This document shows, one piece after another, positions 50,084 to 62,412 of a stretch of 64,000 bases of DNA (position 1 is its first letter; every line of letters starts with the position of its first letter). The translations under genes were made by a program, and so were the position numbers. A model generated the notes under the pieces. The model worked only from the letters and a program-made list of their open reading frames with translations, was not told the DNA's origin and did not search any database. This DNA is from an uncultured Bacilli bacterium. GTDB taxonomy: Bacteria > Bacillota_I > Bacilli_A > RF39 > UBA660. The DNA lies in assembly GCA_947589105.1 (NCBI GenBank), contig CANQBL010000001.1:131973-195972 (forward strand). The letters are read 5' to 3'.

Positions 50084-52225
50084 ATGAAAGATAGAATATT
50101 AAACGTTTTAAAAAGTCAAGATAAGGCTTTTACTGCTTTTGAACTAAAGAATGTATTAGGATTAGATACTACTGAGGAAGTAAAAGAAATGTTTTCTATT
50201 TTAAATGAGCTTGAAGGAAATTTATCTATTTATCATACAAATAAGGATAAATACATGGCCTTTGAATATAGTCATTTAAAAAAAGGAAAAATAAATGTTT
50301 CTGAAAAGGGATTTGGTTTTGTTTTAATGGATAATGAAGAAGATATTCACGTTGATAATAAATATTTAAATGGCGCTATAACTGGAGATGTGGTTATTGT
50401 AGAGATAATAAATAAAAGTAAAGGCGTTAAAAGAGAGGGACGAGTACTTAGAATACAGTCTAGAAATTATGGGTTATTAGTTGGAGAATATTTTTATAAC
50501 GAAGGTAAACCAACCATTAAAATTAACGATAAAAAGTTTCAACAGGAAGTTATTTTAACTAAAGAAAGTATAACTAACGCAGTAGACGGTCATATCGTAG
50601 TAGCAAAGGTTATAAAAGAATTAGATAGAAATACTATTTTGGCAGAAATAACAAATATAATTGGTCATAAAAACGATGTTGGTGTAGATATCGAATCTAT
50701 TGTTTATAAACATATGTTTTCACCTAAATTCCCTGATGAAGTTATAGAAGAATTAAAAGATATTCCAGATGAGGTAAGAAAAGAAGATAAAGTAGGAAGA
50801 AAGGATTTGACTAGTGAAATTATTTTTACCATTGATGGAGATGATACTAAGGATATAGATGATGCTATATCAATAAAAAAACTAAACAATGGCAATTATG
50901 AATTAGGAGTACACATCGCAGATGTTTCTTATTACGTTAAACCAGGGACCAAACTTTATGATGAGGCATACGAAAGAGGAACAAGTGTATATTTAGTAGA
51001 TAGAGTTATTCCTATGCTTCCTCATAAGTTATCTAATGGTATATGTTCGCTTAATCCGAATGTAGAACGTTTAGCACAAAGTTGTATAATGCAAATTGAT
51101 TCTAAAGGTAATGTAGTTGAACATGAAATTTTTGAAAGTGTAATTAAATCTAGAATTCAAATGACTTATAAAAAAGTTAATAAATGGTTAGAAGAGGGTA
51201 TCGTAGAAAATGGATATCAAGAGTTTACTCAAAATTTAACACTAATGAAAGAAGTAGCAGATTTATTAAGAAAAAATAGGGAAAAACGCGGAGCAATAGA
51301 TTTTGAAACAGACGAAGCTAAAATAATTTCTGATGAAACTGGTAAACCTATAGATGTTATTTTAAGAGAACGTGGTGCGGGAGAAAAAATGATAGAAGAT
51401 TTTATGATTGCTGCTAACGAAACAGTTGCATCACATGTATATTATATGTCACTTCCTTTTATATACCGTGTTCATGGAACACCAAAAGAAGAAAAAATAA
51501 ACGATTTTTTAAATTTCGTAAGTTTATTAGGATATAAAATAACTGGTAAAGTAAATATTAAATATCCTTCTTCAATTCAAAACATTTTAGAACAGTTAAA
51601 GGACAAAAAAGAGTATAAAATTCTATCTTCTTTAATGTTAAGAGCCATGCAAAAAGCAGTGTATCAAATGGATAACATTGGTCACTTTGGAATAGCAAGT
51701 AAAATATATACACATTTTACTTCACCAATTAGAAGATTTCCTGATACAACCGTTCATAGACTTCTTAGAACTTATTTATATGAAAATGATCAAAGTAAAA
51801 GAACTATTGATTATTTTAAAGAGTATTTACCTGTTTTAGCAGAGCATGCTTCAATAAAAGAAAGAGATGCTATTGAGTGTGAAAGGGAAGTTGAAGATAT
51901 GAAAATGGCTGAATACATGATGTTTCACATTGGCGAAGAATTTACCGGTATGATAAGTGGAGTAACATCATTTGGTTTATTTGTTCAACTTCCGAATATG
52001 ATAGAAGGATTAGTTCATATAAACGATATAAAAGGTGATTATTATAATTATGATGAAAAAAGTATGTCTTTAGTAGGACAAAAAACAAAAACAAGATATA
52101 AAATTGGGGATGAAATAACGGTAGTATGTAAAAGAGCTTCTAAAGATGAATCATTTATTGATTTTGAGATAAAAAAAGAAAGTAGTGTAGTAGATGAAGA
52201 AAAGGAAATTAAAAAAGTGGGTTAA
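50084..52225 (+). CDS. rnr: Ribonuclease R
   Basis: Cold-shock domains, RNB catalytic domain (DGDDTKDIDDAISI), C-terminal S1 domain. 713 aa. Confidence 0.93.
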   Translation: MKDRILNVLKSQDKAFTAFELKNVLGLDTTEEVKEMFSILNELEGNLSIYHTNKDKYMAFEYSHLKKGKINVSEKGFGFVLMDNEEDIHVDNKYLNGAITGDVVIVEIINKSKGVKREGRVLRIQSRNYGLLVGEYFYNEGKPTIKINDKKFQQEVILTKESITNAVDGHIVVAKVIKELDRNTILAEITNIIGHKNDVGVDIESIVYKHMFSPKFPDEVIEELKDIPDEVRKEDKVGRKDLTSEIIFTIDGDDTKDIDDAISIKKLNNGNYELGVHIADVSYYVKPGTKLYDEAYERGTSVYLVDRVIPMLPHKLSNGICSLNPNVERLAQSCIMQIDSKGNVVEHEIFESVIKSRIQMTYKKVNKWLEEGIVENGYQEFTQNLTLMKEVADLLRKNREKRGAIDFETDEAKIISDETGKPIDVILRERGAGEKMIEDFMIAANETVASHVYYMSLPFIYRVHGTPKEEKINDFLNFVSLLGYKITGKVNIKYPSSIQNILEQLKDKKEYKILSSLMLRAMQKAVYQMDNIGHFGIASKIYTHFTSPIRRFPDTTVHRLLRTYLYENDQSKRTIDYFKEYLPVLAEHASIKERDAIECEREVEDMKMAEYMMFHIGEEFTGMISGVTSFGLFVQLPNMIEGLVHINDIKGDYYNYDEKSMSLVGQKTKTRYKIGDEITVVCKRASKDESFIDFEIKKESSVVDEEKEIKKVG

Positions 52226-53351
52226 AATATTTTTAACATTAATTTTGTTATCAGTGTTTATCATTGCACTAATTAGTTATAAAAAAGATTACAAGAAAAA
52301 CTTAAGTGATGATAAATCTAATTCTAAAAAAAGCGGCGTAGTAACTACCACTAAGAAGCCAGATTCAAATGAACTTAGTGTTGTAATGGTTGGGGATTGT
52401 TTAATTCACCGCTTTGTATATACTGATGCTTTAAACAGTGATGGAACGTACTCTTTTGATAAAATGTTTACCGAAGTAAAAGATTTAATACAAGGGCATG
52501 ATTTGGCGTTTTATAATCAAGAAAGCATTATAGGAGGTAAAGAATTGGGTTTATCTGCTTATCCTAGGTTTAATTCTCCAGAAGAAATTGGTGATGCCAT
52601 GACTAACTTAGGATTTAATCTTGTTAGTTTAGCAAATAACCATACCATGGATAAAGGAGAAAAAGGTGTAATAAACTCGGTTAATTATTGGAAAACTAAG
52701 CCAGGCGTTTATTATACTGGACAAGCGTTATCTTTTGATGATAGAGAAAGTAATATTAAGATTTTACAGAAAAATGGTATTAAGTATGCGTTTTTTGCGT
52801 ACACTACGGTTACAAATGGTCTATTACCTCCATCTGGTAAAGAGTATTTAACTAATATTTATTCAAAAGAAAAAGCAGAAAAAGACATTGCAAAAGTAAA
52901 AGATAAAGTAGATTTAATAATAGTTTCAATGCATTGGGGAGAAGAATATACAACTTATCCTAGTAGTAATCAAAAACAGGTTGCAAAAGAACTTTCTAAC
53001 ATGGGAGTTGATCTTATTATAGGTAATCATGCTCATAGTTTACAACCGGTAGAAAAGATCAATGACACTTTAGTTTTTTATGCATTAGGCAATTTTATCT
53101 CAGCTCAAGATACAATAGATAAACAAACGGGAGCTATTGCTTATTTAAATATTAAAAAAACAAATGATGGTAGTATAGAGTTTAGTGATGTTAAAGCTGA
53201 TCTTATATATACTTATTTTAAATCAGGTCGTAATTTTAAAGTATATCCTTATACAAAATTGGATAATAGTATTTTAAATAACTATGAAACATATTATAAT
53301 AAATATAAATCAGTTTTAAATAGGTATGAAGATATAATTGAGGTGAAATAG
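52194..53351 (+). CDS. CapA/PGA_cap-family metallophosphatase-like protein, membrane-anchored
   Basis: N-terminal TM. VGDCLIH...NNHTMD...[11 protein letters not shown] motifs typical of the CapA (YwtB-like) calcineurin-like family. Confidence 0.65.
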   Translation: MKKRKLKKWVKIFLTLILLSVFIIALISYKKDYKKNLSDDKSNSKKSGVVTTTKKPDSNELSVVMVGDCLIHRFVYTDALNSDGTYSFDKMFTEVKDLIQGHDLAFYNQESIIGGKELGLSAYPRFNSPEEIGDAMTNLGFNLVSLANNHTMDKGEKGVINSVNYWKTKPGVYYTGQALSFDDRESNIKILQKNGIKYAFFAYTTVTNGLLPPSGKEYLTNIYSKEKAEKDIAKVKDKVDLIIVSMHWGEEYTTYPSSNQKQVAKELSNMGVDLIIGNHAHSLQPVEKINDTLVFYALGNFISAQDTIDKQTGAIAYLNIKKTNDGSIEFSDVKADLIYTYFKSGRNFKVYPYTKLDNSILNNYETYYNKYKSVLNRYEDIIEVK

Positions 53352-53794
53352 TGATAGAAATAACAAATAAAAAAGCAAACTTTGATTATTTTATAGAAGA
53401 TACTTATGAGTGTGGTATTGTTTTAACAGGAACTGAAATAAAATCCATACGTAAGGGTAGCTGTAATTTAAAAGATTGTTATGCTAGAATAAAAAATAAT
53501 GAGGTATTTTTAATTAATATGTTTATCTCTATTTATGAAGAGGGTAATCGTTTTAATCATGATGAAAGAAGACAAAGGAAGCTCTTATTACATAAAAAAG
53601 AAATTTATAAAATAAGGGATAAAGTAGAAAAAGATGGTTACTCTTTAGTACCGGTAAAACTTTATTTAAAAGAAGGAAAGGCTAAAATATTACTAGGTAT
53701 TGCAAAAGGAAAAAAACAGTACGATAAAAGGAAAAGCTTAAAAGAAAAGGATATAAAAAGGGATATAGAAAAAACCCTTAGTAAATATAAATAA
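53351..53794 (+). CDS. smpB: SsrA-binding protein SmpB
   Basis: GTG start. [32 protein letters not shown]. C-terminal basic tail. Confidence 0.93.
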   Translation: MIEITNKKANFDYFIEDTYECGIVLTGTEIKSIRKGSCNLKDCYARIKNNEVFLINMFISIYEEGNRFNHDERRQRKLLLHKKEIYKIRDKVEKDGYSLVPVKLYLKEGKAKILLGIAKGKKQYDKRKSLKEKDIKRDIEKTLSKYK

Positions 53795-53821
53795 AAGATT
53801 CCAAAACGGAATCTTTATTTT
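53794..53821. terminator. Bidirectional terminator between smpB (+) and the convergent glycosidase gene (-)
   Basis: AAAGATTCC-aaaac-GGAATCTTT followed by TATTTTGTT. Confidence 0.6.
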
Positions 53822-55143
53822 GTTACTATTACAGTTGTTGGTATACCTCTTGTTTTATGCCTTAAGGCAGAATCAACAGGATCATTTATATAACAATAAT
53901 TATCAGTACAATCACTTTTATATTTTAATGCTTCCTCTTTAGGAAGAACCATAACGGTAGATGTTCCGCCATCTAAGTTTGCAGCGTTAATAGCACCATA
54001 ATTACTCATTATTTCGGTTAAATCACCCATATCAGCACCTTTTGTTCTAGTAGAATTACTATTAACTACTAATAGTAAAATTATACCATCACTTCTTTGA
54101 CCAATTGCGGTTCTTGCAGCGTATCCCCATCCGCCATTACCTTTAATGAATGATTTTTTACCGTTAACTATTAAAAATGGTCCCCATGATACCCCATCAC
54201 GTACGTTCATACTTTTTGCTTTATAAGCAGTAGCATTTTTAATTAGAACTAACTTATTATCATAAGTCATGCCTATTAAACCACCAGATTGAGCATCAGC
54301 TGAGTAAGTATTATCAGTTATTACCTTACCATTTGATATGGTAACTCCAGTTGGTCTACCACCAGTTTGATTATCAGGAGCATTACTAAATCCGCCACCA
54401 TTTACTGCTAATAAAGCTTGGTTATTTTCTGCTATTTTAGTTGCGTACTGGCCATATCTTCCAACACCATTAGACACTGCAACTTTTACTTTGCTTGGGT
54501 CATATACGGCTGCTAAATAAGCTTTTTGACCATTAACTTCTAATTCAATTATTTTATATGCAGCATCTTTATCTCTTTTTAGTATTTGCTTTTCATACTC
54601 GTTAGCATAAGTTTCTTCTTCTTGCATATCAATTAAATCAGTATCAGTATCTTCTTCTATTTCTTTAGTATAATTACCCTTAATTACTTTATTTATTTCT
54701 TTATCACTATAAAACCATTTACATATGTATTGATGACTCATCGTATTCATAGACGTAGAAATAAACCAAGTTCTAAATTTATCATTTGGACCATATAACA
54801 AAAATATTAAAGATGCACATCCAATTATATAAGCAGTTATAAACAAAGTAAACAAAATCTTTTTAATTTTTTTCTTTTTAGATTTTTTACTATCATCTTT
54901 TTTAATAATGAAAAAACTTAGTAATAATAAATAAAATAATAAAGATAAAATAATGTAAATAATATAATTAACTGGTATTGGAATTAATCTATTAGAATGA
55001 GTTGAAATAATCGTTAAACATATTAAAATTGGTATAAATAATAATGGTAATGTTCGTAATAAAAAACGTTTCTTATTTTTTTTATGATGATTAACTTTTA
55101 TATCATTAAAGTCCAATATTTCAGTATAATTATTATCTTTCAT
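53815..55143 (-). CDS. Membrane-anchored phosphodiester glycosidase-family protein (NAGPA/DUF2233-like)
   Basis: Three N-terminal TMs. C-terminal domain with ALLAVNGGGF...GPFLIVNGKK...NLDGGTST pattern typical of the phosphodiester glycosidase family. Confidence 0.5.
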   Translation of the reverse strand: MKDNNYTEILDFNDIKVNHHKKNKKRFLLRTLPLLFIPILICLTIISTHSNRLIPIPVNYIIYIILSLLFYLLLLSFFIIKKDDSKKSKKKKIKKILFTLFITAYIIGCASLIFLLYGPNDKFRTWFISTSMNTMSHQYICKWFYSDKEINKVIKGNYTKEIEEDTDTDLIDMQEEETYANEYEKQILKRDKDAAYKIIELEVNGQKAYLAAVYDPSKVKVAVSNGVGRYGQYATKIAENNQALLAVNGGGFSNAPDNQTGGRPTGVTISNGKVITDNTYSADAQSGGLIGMTYDNKLVLIKNATAYKAKSMNVRDGVSWGPFLIVNGKKSFIKGNGGWGYAARTAIGQRSDGIILLLVVNSNSTRTKGADMGDLTEIMSNYGAINAANLDGGTSTVMVLPKEEALKYKSDCTDNYCYINDPVDSALRHKTRGIPTTVIVTK

Positions 55144-55205
55144 AGTATCACCAACTTAATTATACGAAATACTACAAAATTTAACAATATTTTTTTTGAA
55201 TTTTG

Positions 55206-55214
55206 TGCTATAAT
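55206..55214 (+). promoter_or_regulatory. Extended -10 promoter (TGcTATAAT) for ssrA
   Basis: TGCTATAAT ends 18 nt upstream of the tmRNA 5' GGGG. No good -35 element. Confidence 0.5.
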
Positions 55215-55232
55215 ATCATTTGTTATTTATAT

Positions 55233-55595
55233 GGGGCTGTTATTGGGTTCGACGGAAAGTAGGAATCTAAAGTTGCAAGTGGAAGGCACACCTTACGTGC
55301 AAACAAAAATAAATAACAAAACAAATAATTATGCTTTTGCAGCTTGCGCTGCCTAGTCTTTAATAGAAAAAGCGCTTCTTTTTAAGTTTTACTCACGGAC
55401 TTTTTAAGAGGCTCATTTAAGTGAGTTATATTATTCTTTTTGTTTAGGAAAGAATAACGAATTTTACTAAACTCGTTATTTGGTGGGTATGTTAGTTACC
55501 TTTATCATTTAATTAAATTTAATTACTAACTAAACTTGTAGAGACTATAGCGGAATACTTTTCGGACACGGGTTCAAATCCCGTCAGCTCCACCA
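55233..55595 (+). ncRNA. ssrA: tmRNA (SsrA), about 363 nt with encoded CCA
   Basis: 5' GGGGCUGUUAUUGGGUUCGACGG and 3' GGACACGGGUUCAAAUCCCGUCAGCUCCACCA form a 7-bp acceptor stem with G3-U. Internal tag ORF ends ...NNYAFAACAA-TAG at 55354-55356. Immediately downstream of smpB. Confidence 0.92.
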
Positions 55596-55606
55596 TTGGG
55601 AAATCT

Positions 55607-55624
55607 GTTCGAACTATTCGAACT
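55607..55624. repeat. Palindromic/direct TTCGAAC repeat (tGTTCGAACtaTTCGAAC) 12 nt after the tmRNA 3' end
   Basis: GTTCGAAC is self-complementary and TTCGAAC is repeated after a 2-nt spacer. Candidate recombinase crossover site. Confidence 0.3.
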
Positions 55625-55690
55625 TTTGATATAGGAATCAATCGAAAGATTGGTTTTTTCTTTTGTTAGAAAAAATCATAGTCGGAAAGG

Positions 55691-55975
55691 TTGGTGTCTA
55701 TGGTAAATGTAATCAAAAAAGAAATTGATATGGAAGAATCTTTAAAGAAAAGAATTGAGATTATTTGTGATTTTTGTAATACTACTCCAACATTTATCAA
55801 TGGTAGTATTCGTAAAATTGATAAGACAAACTTATCTTATATCGAACCTCATAGAATAATCATTAATAACAATATATTTCTTGCCTTTAATTATTCTAAT
55901 GAAATCTATATCAATAACTTAAGTAAAAAGATTAAAATATCAGAACTTGAAAACTATATTAAGACTATGAACTAA
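55691..55975 (+). CDS. Hypothetical protein (94 aa), first gene of the island
   Basis: ORF with GGAAAGG RBS. Contains CDFCNTTP. No recognised domain. Confidence 0.4.
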   Translation: MVSMVNVIKKEIDMEESLKKRIEIICDFCNTTPTFINGSIRKIDKTNLSYIEPHRIIINNNIFLAFNYSNEIYINNLSKKIKISELENYIKTMN

Positions 55976-56119
55976 TACTTTATACCACGAATAAGACATA
56001 GACAAAATGAAAATTTTGTTGTATTATGTAAATGATTTAAAAAGACTTACCGAGAAGTAAAAGTATTAGTTAGTAGTACCTTTACTTCTCTTTTTTTGAA
56101 AATAAGAAAAAGGAGATGA

Positions 56120-58081
<1,962 letters not shown>

Positions 58082-58180
58082 TAATTTCTTCTACATTTTA
58101 TGTAATTTTGTTTTATTACGAAGTTTTAAAACAATATGGAATAAAGTAGAACGGATTCTAAGGTGTCCTTAGCCCACGAG

Positions 58181-58242
58181 GGTATTTTGATGCCTGTGTC
58201 AAAATACCTAGGGGGTTACATATTTTGACGATGCCAAAATAT
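58181..58242 (+). promoter_or_regulatory. Candidate oriT: two adjacent hairpins upstream of the relaxase gene
   Basis: GGTATTTTGA-tgcctgtg-TCAAAATACC is a 10-bp perfect inverted repeat whose loop contains GTGTG. It is followed by ATATTTTG-acgatgc-CAAAATAT. Confidence 0.45.
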
Positions 58243-58271
58243 AGTCTAAAGAAAGGAGCGTGATTTATAAT

Positions 58272-59651
58272 ATGGAACTTGCCTATTCACTACATTTAGG
58301 TAGTGACAAAAATAAGAAAAATGTATCAAGAGCAACAGCAAAAGCTAATGCTAGTGGAACAACATCTCTATCAAATAATGCAATACAAAATGCTCAAGGA
58401 TTATCAAGAGTTGATAAACACAATTATAGAAAATATGATAACAATCAAGAAAATATTGAAATTATAAGAGGTACTTCTTCTTTATTTGATGATGTTAAAA
58501 GATTATATAAAGATGAATTTGAAGAAGCAAGACTTGAATATAATGCTAGACAAACAAGAGATAATAGAAAAATAAATGATTATTTCACTCATATAAGCAA
58601 TAGTTCAAAAAGTGATCTTGCTTGTGAAATAATCATTGAACTTGGAAAAAAGAAATATTGGGATACTAAAGATATGGAATTTAAAAAACGAATGACAAAT
58701 GTTTTTAAAGAACAAGTTAACGATTTAGCAATACTCGTTCCAAATTTTAAAATAGCAAGTGCAATTATTCATTATGATGAAACTAGTCCACATCTTCATA
58801 TTGTTGGTGTACCTGTTAAAATTGGTGGTAAAAATGGTATGAAAAAACAAGTTGGAAAAACTGAAGTGTTTACAAAAGAATCACTTCGCAAATTGCAAGA
58901 TAAAATGAGAATTTTATGTATTGAAGAATTTAATAAAGAATATGGATTAAATGATAAATTAAAAATGAAAAAGAAAGGTAGAAATAAAGATTATTATATA
59001 TCTGAAATGGATAATTATGAACAAATGCAAGAACAACTAGAAAAAAATCAAGAAAAGTTAGAAATAGCAAGTAAAAAAGCCATAGAACTTGATAATTCTT
59101 CTAAAGAAGTAAAAGATATTATAAATGATTTAAAAACTACTATAACATCTAAAGAAAAGTATGTGTTAAAACAAGAAGATAAAGATAAATTAGTATCTTA
59201 TATTAATTCAGTTAGTAAAACAAATGAAGAATTTAAACAAACTCAAACTTTATCAGTTACATTAAGTAATGTTGATGAGGAATTAAAAGAAAATCGTGAA
59301 AAGATTAAATTACTAACTGAAAACAATGAAGCACTTACTTTAAGAGTTGAAACACTTACTAAAAATGTGAAAACTAAAGATAAAGAGATAGATAAATTAA
59401 AAGAGGAAAACTGTTCTTTAAAATCTAGTCTTGAACATTTGATAAATAAATTTACTAATTTAATTAAACTTATTAAAAATAAGATATTCTCTAAACAGGA
59501 TACAAGAGAAAAATATATGGAGTTTTCAAGAGATTTATATACTCATGGTATCATTGATGATAAAGAGATAACTGATATTAAAGAGGATTATGATTATTGT
59601 AAAAATCGTGATAATGACAAAGACAAAGATGATTTTGAGATAGAAATATAG
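58272..59651 (+). CDS. mob: MobM/Mob_Pre-family plasmid recombination relaxase
   Basis: HxDE(x)TPHxH metal-binding motif (IIHYDETSPHLHIVGVPV). N-terminal HNYRKYD region. Long C-terminal coiled coil. Start set at the ATG at 58272; an upstream GTG at 58260 abuts the RBS. Confidence 0.8.
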   Translation: MELAYSLHLGSDKNKKNVSRATAKANASGTTSLSNNAIQNAQGLSRVDKHNYRKYDNNQENIEIIRGTSSLFDDVKRLYKDEFEEARLEYNARQTRDNRKINDYFTHISNSSKSDLACEIIIELGKKKYWDTKDMEFKKRMTNVFKEQVNDLAILVPNFKIASAIIHYDETSPHLHIVGVPVKIGGKNGMKKQVGKTEVFTKESLRKLQDKMRILCIEEFNKEYGLNDKLKMKKKGRNKDYYISEMDNYEQMQEQLEKNQEKLEIASKKAIELDNSSKEVKDIINDLKTTITSKEKYVLKQEDKDKLVSYINSVSKTNEEFKQTQTLSVTLSNVDEELKENREKIKLLTENNEALTLRVETLTKNVKTKDKEIDKLKEENCSLKSSLEHLINKFTNLIKLIKNKIFSKQDTREKYMEFSRDLYTHGIIDDKEITDIKEDYDYCKNRDNDKDKDDFEIEI

Positions 59652-59719
59652 TAATAAATATCAAAAAGAGTTAAAAAAGTTAAAAAATATGTTATAATGT
59701 AAATGCAAGGGAGGTTTAT

Positions 59720-60646
59720 ATGATTATATTTCTAGGAATTGTTGGGGAACTTGCTACTGTTATAGGTAGTGTTGTTATAACTCTTAATGCTGGACTTGAT
59801 TCAATATTAGAGATTTCAAAAAATGGTTACAAAATTGAAAAAAGTGTGTTAGATGAATTTCAAAAGAAACAAGCTGAAGAAAAAAAACAAAAATCTAATT
59901 TAGCTAATAAAATTTTGGGAACTGTTTTATTACTTGTACCTGGTATTAATTTGATAAATGCCAGTGTAAAAGGTGCTAAAGTTAAAAAATCAGTAATGAA
60001 TGATCCACAAATTAAAGAAGCCATTGTTCCTATGACTGAAGAAGAAAAAGAACAATATGCTAAAATGGAAGGTAAATTACAAAAATTAACATTTACTGCT
60101 TTTACTGCATCAAAAGAAAGCGAAGAAGAATTTTTCGGATTTATTGGGAAAAGACCTATTATTGTAGATCACGGATTAACTTCTTTATATTATGAACCAT
60201 TAATGTCATTGGATTATACATTAGATGAAGTAAAAAGATTAAATGAGGCAACTACTTATTCATATAGAATTGGTAAAATTGGTGATAAAAATGTTGCAAT
60301 TATTGGTATTCCAAATCCAGATAGTCCTGTTAGTAGAATTCAATTAAAATCAGAGGATTATAAAATAACACACACTTACGAAAAAATGACTGAAGAAGAA
60401 GCACAAGACAAGACATTTACAGTATATCCATTTATGTCAGAAACAAATGAAAAGGTACAAGAAGTTGTTGAAGAAATTAAACAATCACGAATTGATTTAG
60501 CTACTAAAGCTAATCTAGAAGCCTTACAAACACACTCTATATTTGAACCAGAAGTTATTCCAATAGAAACTGAACAAGTTTTATCAGATGAACAACAAGG
60601 GCCAAGATTAGTAAAAACAATACGCCCACAAAACGAGAAAAAGTAA
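59720..60646 (+). CDS. Hypothetical protein (308 aa), two N-terminal hydrophobic segments plus an acidic soluble domain
   Basis: GGGAGG RBS. Hydrophobic segments IIFLGIVGELATVIGSVVITL and ILGTVLLLVPGINLI. No recognised domain. Confidence 0.45.
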   Translation: MIIFLGIVGELATVIGSVVITLNAGLDSILEISKNGYKIEKSVLDEFQKKQAEEKKQKSNLANKILGTVLLLVPGINLINASVKGAKVKKSVMNDPQIKEAIVPMTEEEKEQYAKMEGKLQKLTFTAFTASKESEEEFFGFIGKRPIIVDHGLTSLYYEPLMSLDYTLDEVKRLNEATTYSYRIGKIGDKNVAIIGIPNPDSPVSRIQLKSEDYKITHTYEKMTEEEAQDKTFTVYPFMSETNEKVQEVVEEIKQSRIDLATKANLEALQTHSIFEPEVIPIETEQVLSDEQQGPRLVKTIRPQNEKK

Positions 60647-60867
60647 AAAATGAATTGCTACTTTTTCTTTTTTTTGATAAACTATAATTAGTGATTGATT
60701 CTTAAACCAGTTACCTTTGGAAAAAGTTGTAGATAACTTTCTCAACCGCACCAGATTGATACCAAACTCTAACTATTATAGTTCGGGTTTTATAATGTTT
60801 TAATGTATGTTATAATTTTTATATATTGAATTAATATATTTTCTACTTTAGAAAATAAAATAGCTTA

Positions 60868-61776
60868 TTGACCAATCAATATATAAAAGAAGAGGTGCTG
60901 TTTATGCTTGTAAAAAATTGTATTAATTTTATTATAATTGGAATAACCTTGCTTTCAATACCAATACTTATTTATTCTATAAAGAACAAAAATAAAAGTA
61001 TTTTAATTTTAGATACAATGTATATAGTATATTTATTTTTAAGTATAGCTATTTTGCCTAATATTTTAGGCTTAGATCGTGGATTAGAAGTTTTATTTAC
61101 ATATCTCATGTCTTTTATAGCAGGAATAATCTATATAGTATCTATTGTAGTGTGCAAAAAAAAGATTAAGAAAAATAATGATAAAAGTATGAAATCCAAT
61201 AAAATAAATTTTGTAACTAGTGTATTAATAATTTTACCAATTTTATTATTTTCCTTTAGTTTTTTAAGAGAATGTTACTTAATAAAGAAAAGTGATTTAA
61301 TAATTGAATCTAACTATCAAGACGGAATTATTATTTCCGAAACATCTTGGTATGCAATTTCAGAAAATTTTTGTAAAGAAATTACTATTAATTTACCAAT
61401 TCTCAACCCAAATAATAAAAATATAAAATATTATACATACTATGTTTATTTTAAAAACGATTCTTACGAAATAGAAAGTTATATTGATTCTGAATTGAAG
61501 CATATTGATGAACAAATGATAAAAAAAATTTTGTTGGATGCGAAAAATAATCATAGTAATTTAAATAAAAAATATTCGAATTTTGATTATATAATTAATA
61601 ATGCTACTATAACTTATTTTGAAAATAGTGGATATTATCATGTATCAATAGGATATACTAGAAATGGTAACGGAGGTATGTCAGTTGTAAATGAATTGAT
61701 ATATAAAAATGATAAATATATTGGTGAATTATTAATACAAGGGGATATTAAATCAGTAACTTATATAGAAAAATAA
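60868..61776 (+). CDS. Hypothetical polytopic membrane protein (302 aa) with a C-terminal extracytoplasmic domain
   Basis: About four TM segments in the first 150 aa, then a Tyr/Asn-rich soluble domain. Island cargo. Confidence 0.45.
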   Translation: MTNQYIKEEVLFMLVKNCINFIIIGITLLSIPILIYSIKNKNKSILILDTMYIVYLFLSIAILPNILGLDRGLEVLFTYLMSFIAGIIYIVSIVVCKKKIKKNNDKSMKSNKINFVTSVLIILPILLFSFSFLRECYLIKKSDLIIESNYQDGIIISETSWYAISENFCKEITINLPILNPNNKNIKYYTYYVYFKNDSYEIESYIDSELKHIDEQMIKKILLDAKNNHSNLNKKYSNFDYIINNATITYFENSGYYHVSIGYTRNGNGGMSVVNELIYKNDKYIGELLIQGDIKSVTYIEK

Positions 61777-61855
61777 AAAAGATTACTTTTTAAATCTAAA
61801 TTACGAGATAAAAATAAAACTACTTATCAAAATTAATTTGAAAGTAGTTTTATTT

Positions 61856-62278
61856 TTACCATCTTGTATTATCAATTATTAAATCTTTAGGTAAAGCTAA
61901 TAATTCATTATGTTTAACATTAACTATTTTGTTTGCTATATTAAAAATAGTAAAAATAGATAGTTCATCAAAGTTATTCATTTTTTCCATCATTAACTCC
62001 CAAATTTCATCACTTCTTATTAAATCTAGTGTCTTATATCCTTTTTCAGTCAAACATTTAATTTTATGTTCTTTAAATACATCATTATCATCATAGCTAG
62101 TTTTATCAAGCACAGTTAAATAATGTTCTTTATTAAACAAAGTTACTATAGTTAATACATCTTCAATAGAAAAATCTGATATTTTTTCCTGAAGCTGTGC
62201 AACAGTTAGAGTTTCGCCATAAGGAATTTTTTCAACTTCTAATAAAATTTTTCTAGCACAATTATTATTTATTTTCAT
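61856..62278 (-). CDS. Hypothetical small protein (140 aa), possible winged-helix/YjcQ-like fold
   Basis: Opposite strand to the rest of the island. N-terminus MKINNNCARKILLEVEK... resembles small wHTH phage/island proteins. Weak call. Confidence 0.35.
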   Translation of the reverse strand: MKINNNCARKILLEVEKIPYGETLTVAQLQEKISDFSIEDVLTIVTLFNKEHYLTVLDKTSYDDNDVFKEHKIKCLTEKGYKTLDLIRSDEIWELMMEKMNNFDELSIFTIFNIANKIVNVKHNELLALPKDLIIDNTRW

Positions 62279-62412
62279 AAAATCATTTTCTCCTTCAAAA
62301 TAATTATAACATAATTAGCTTAAAAGTTTTAATAATTTTAAAATATATGATATTATTGTTAACAGATGATTAATATTTTTTTTTACAGAAAAATCTAGAA
62401 GTAGGTAGTTTT

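Noticed and set aside
55084-55356. 90-aa ORF on the + strand spanning the tmRNA 5' half
   Set aside because: It is the tmRNA (ssrA) gene. The C-terminal part of this frame is the tag-peptide reading frame, not an independent protein-coding gene.
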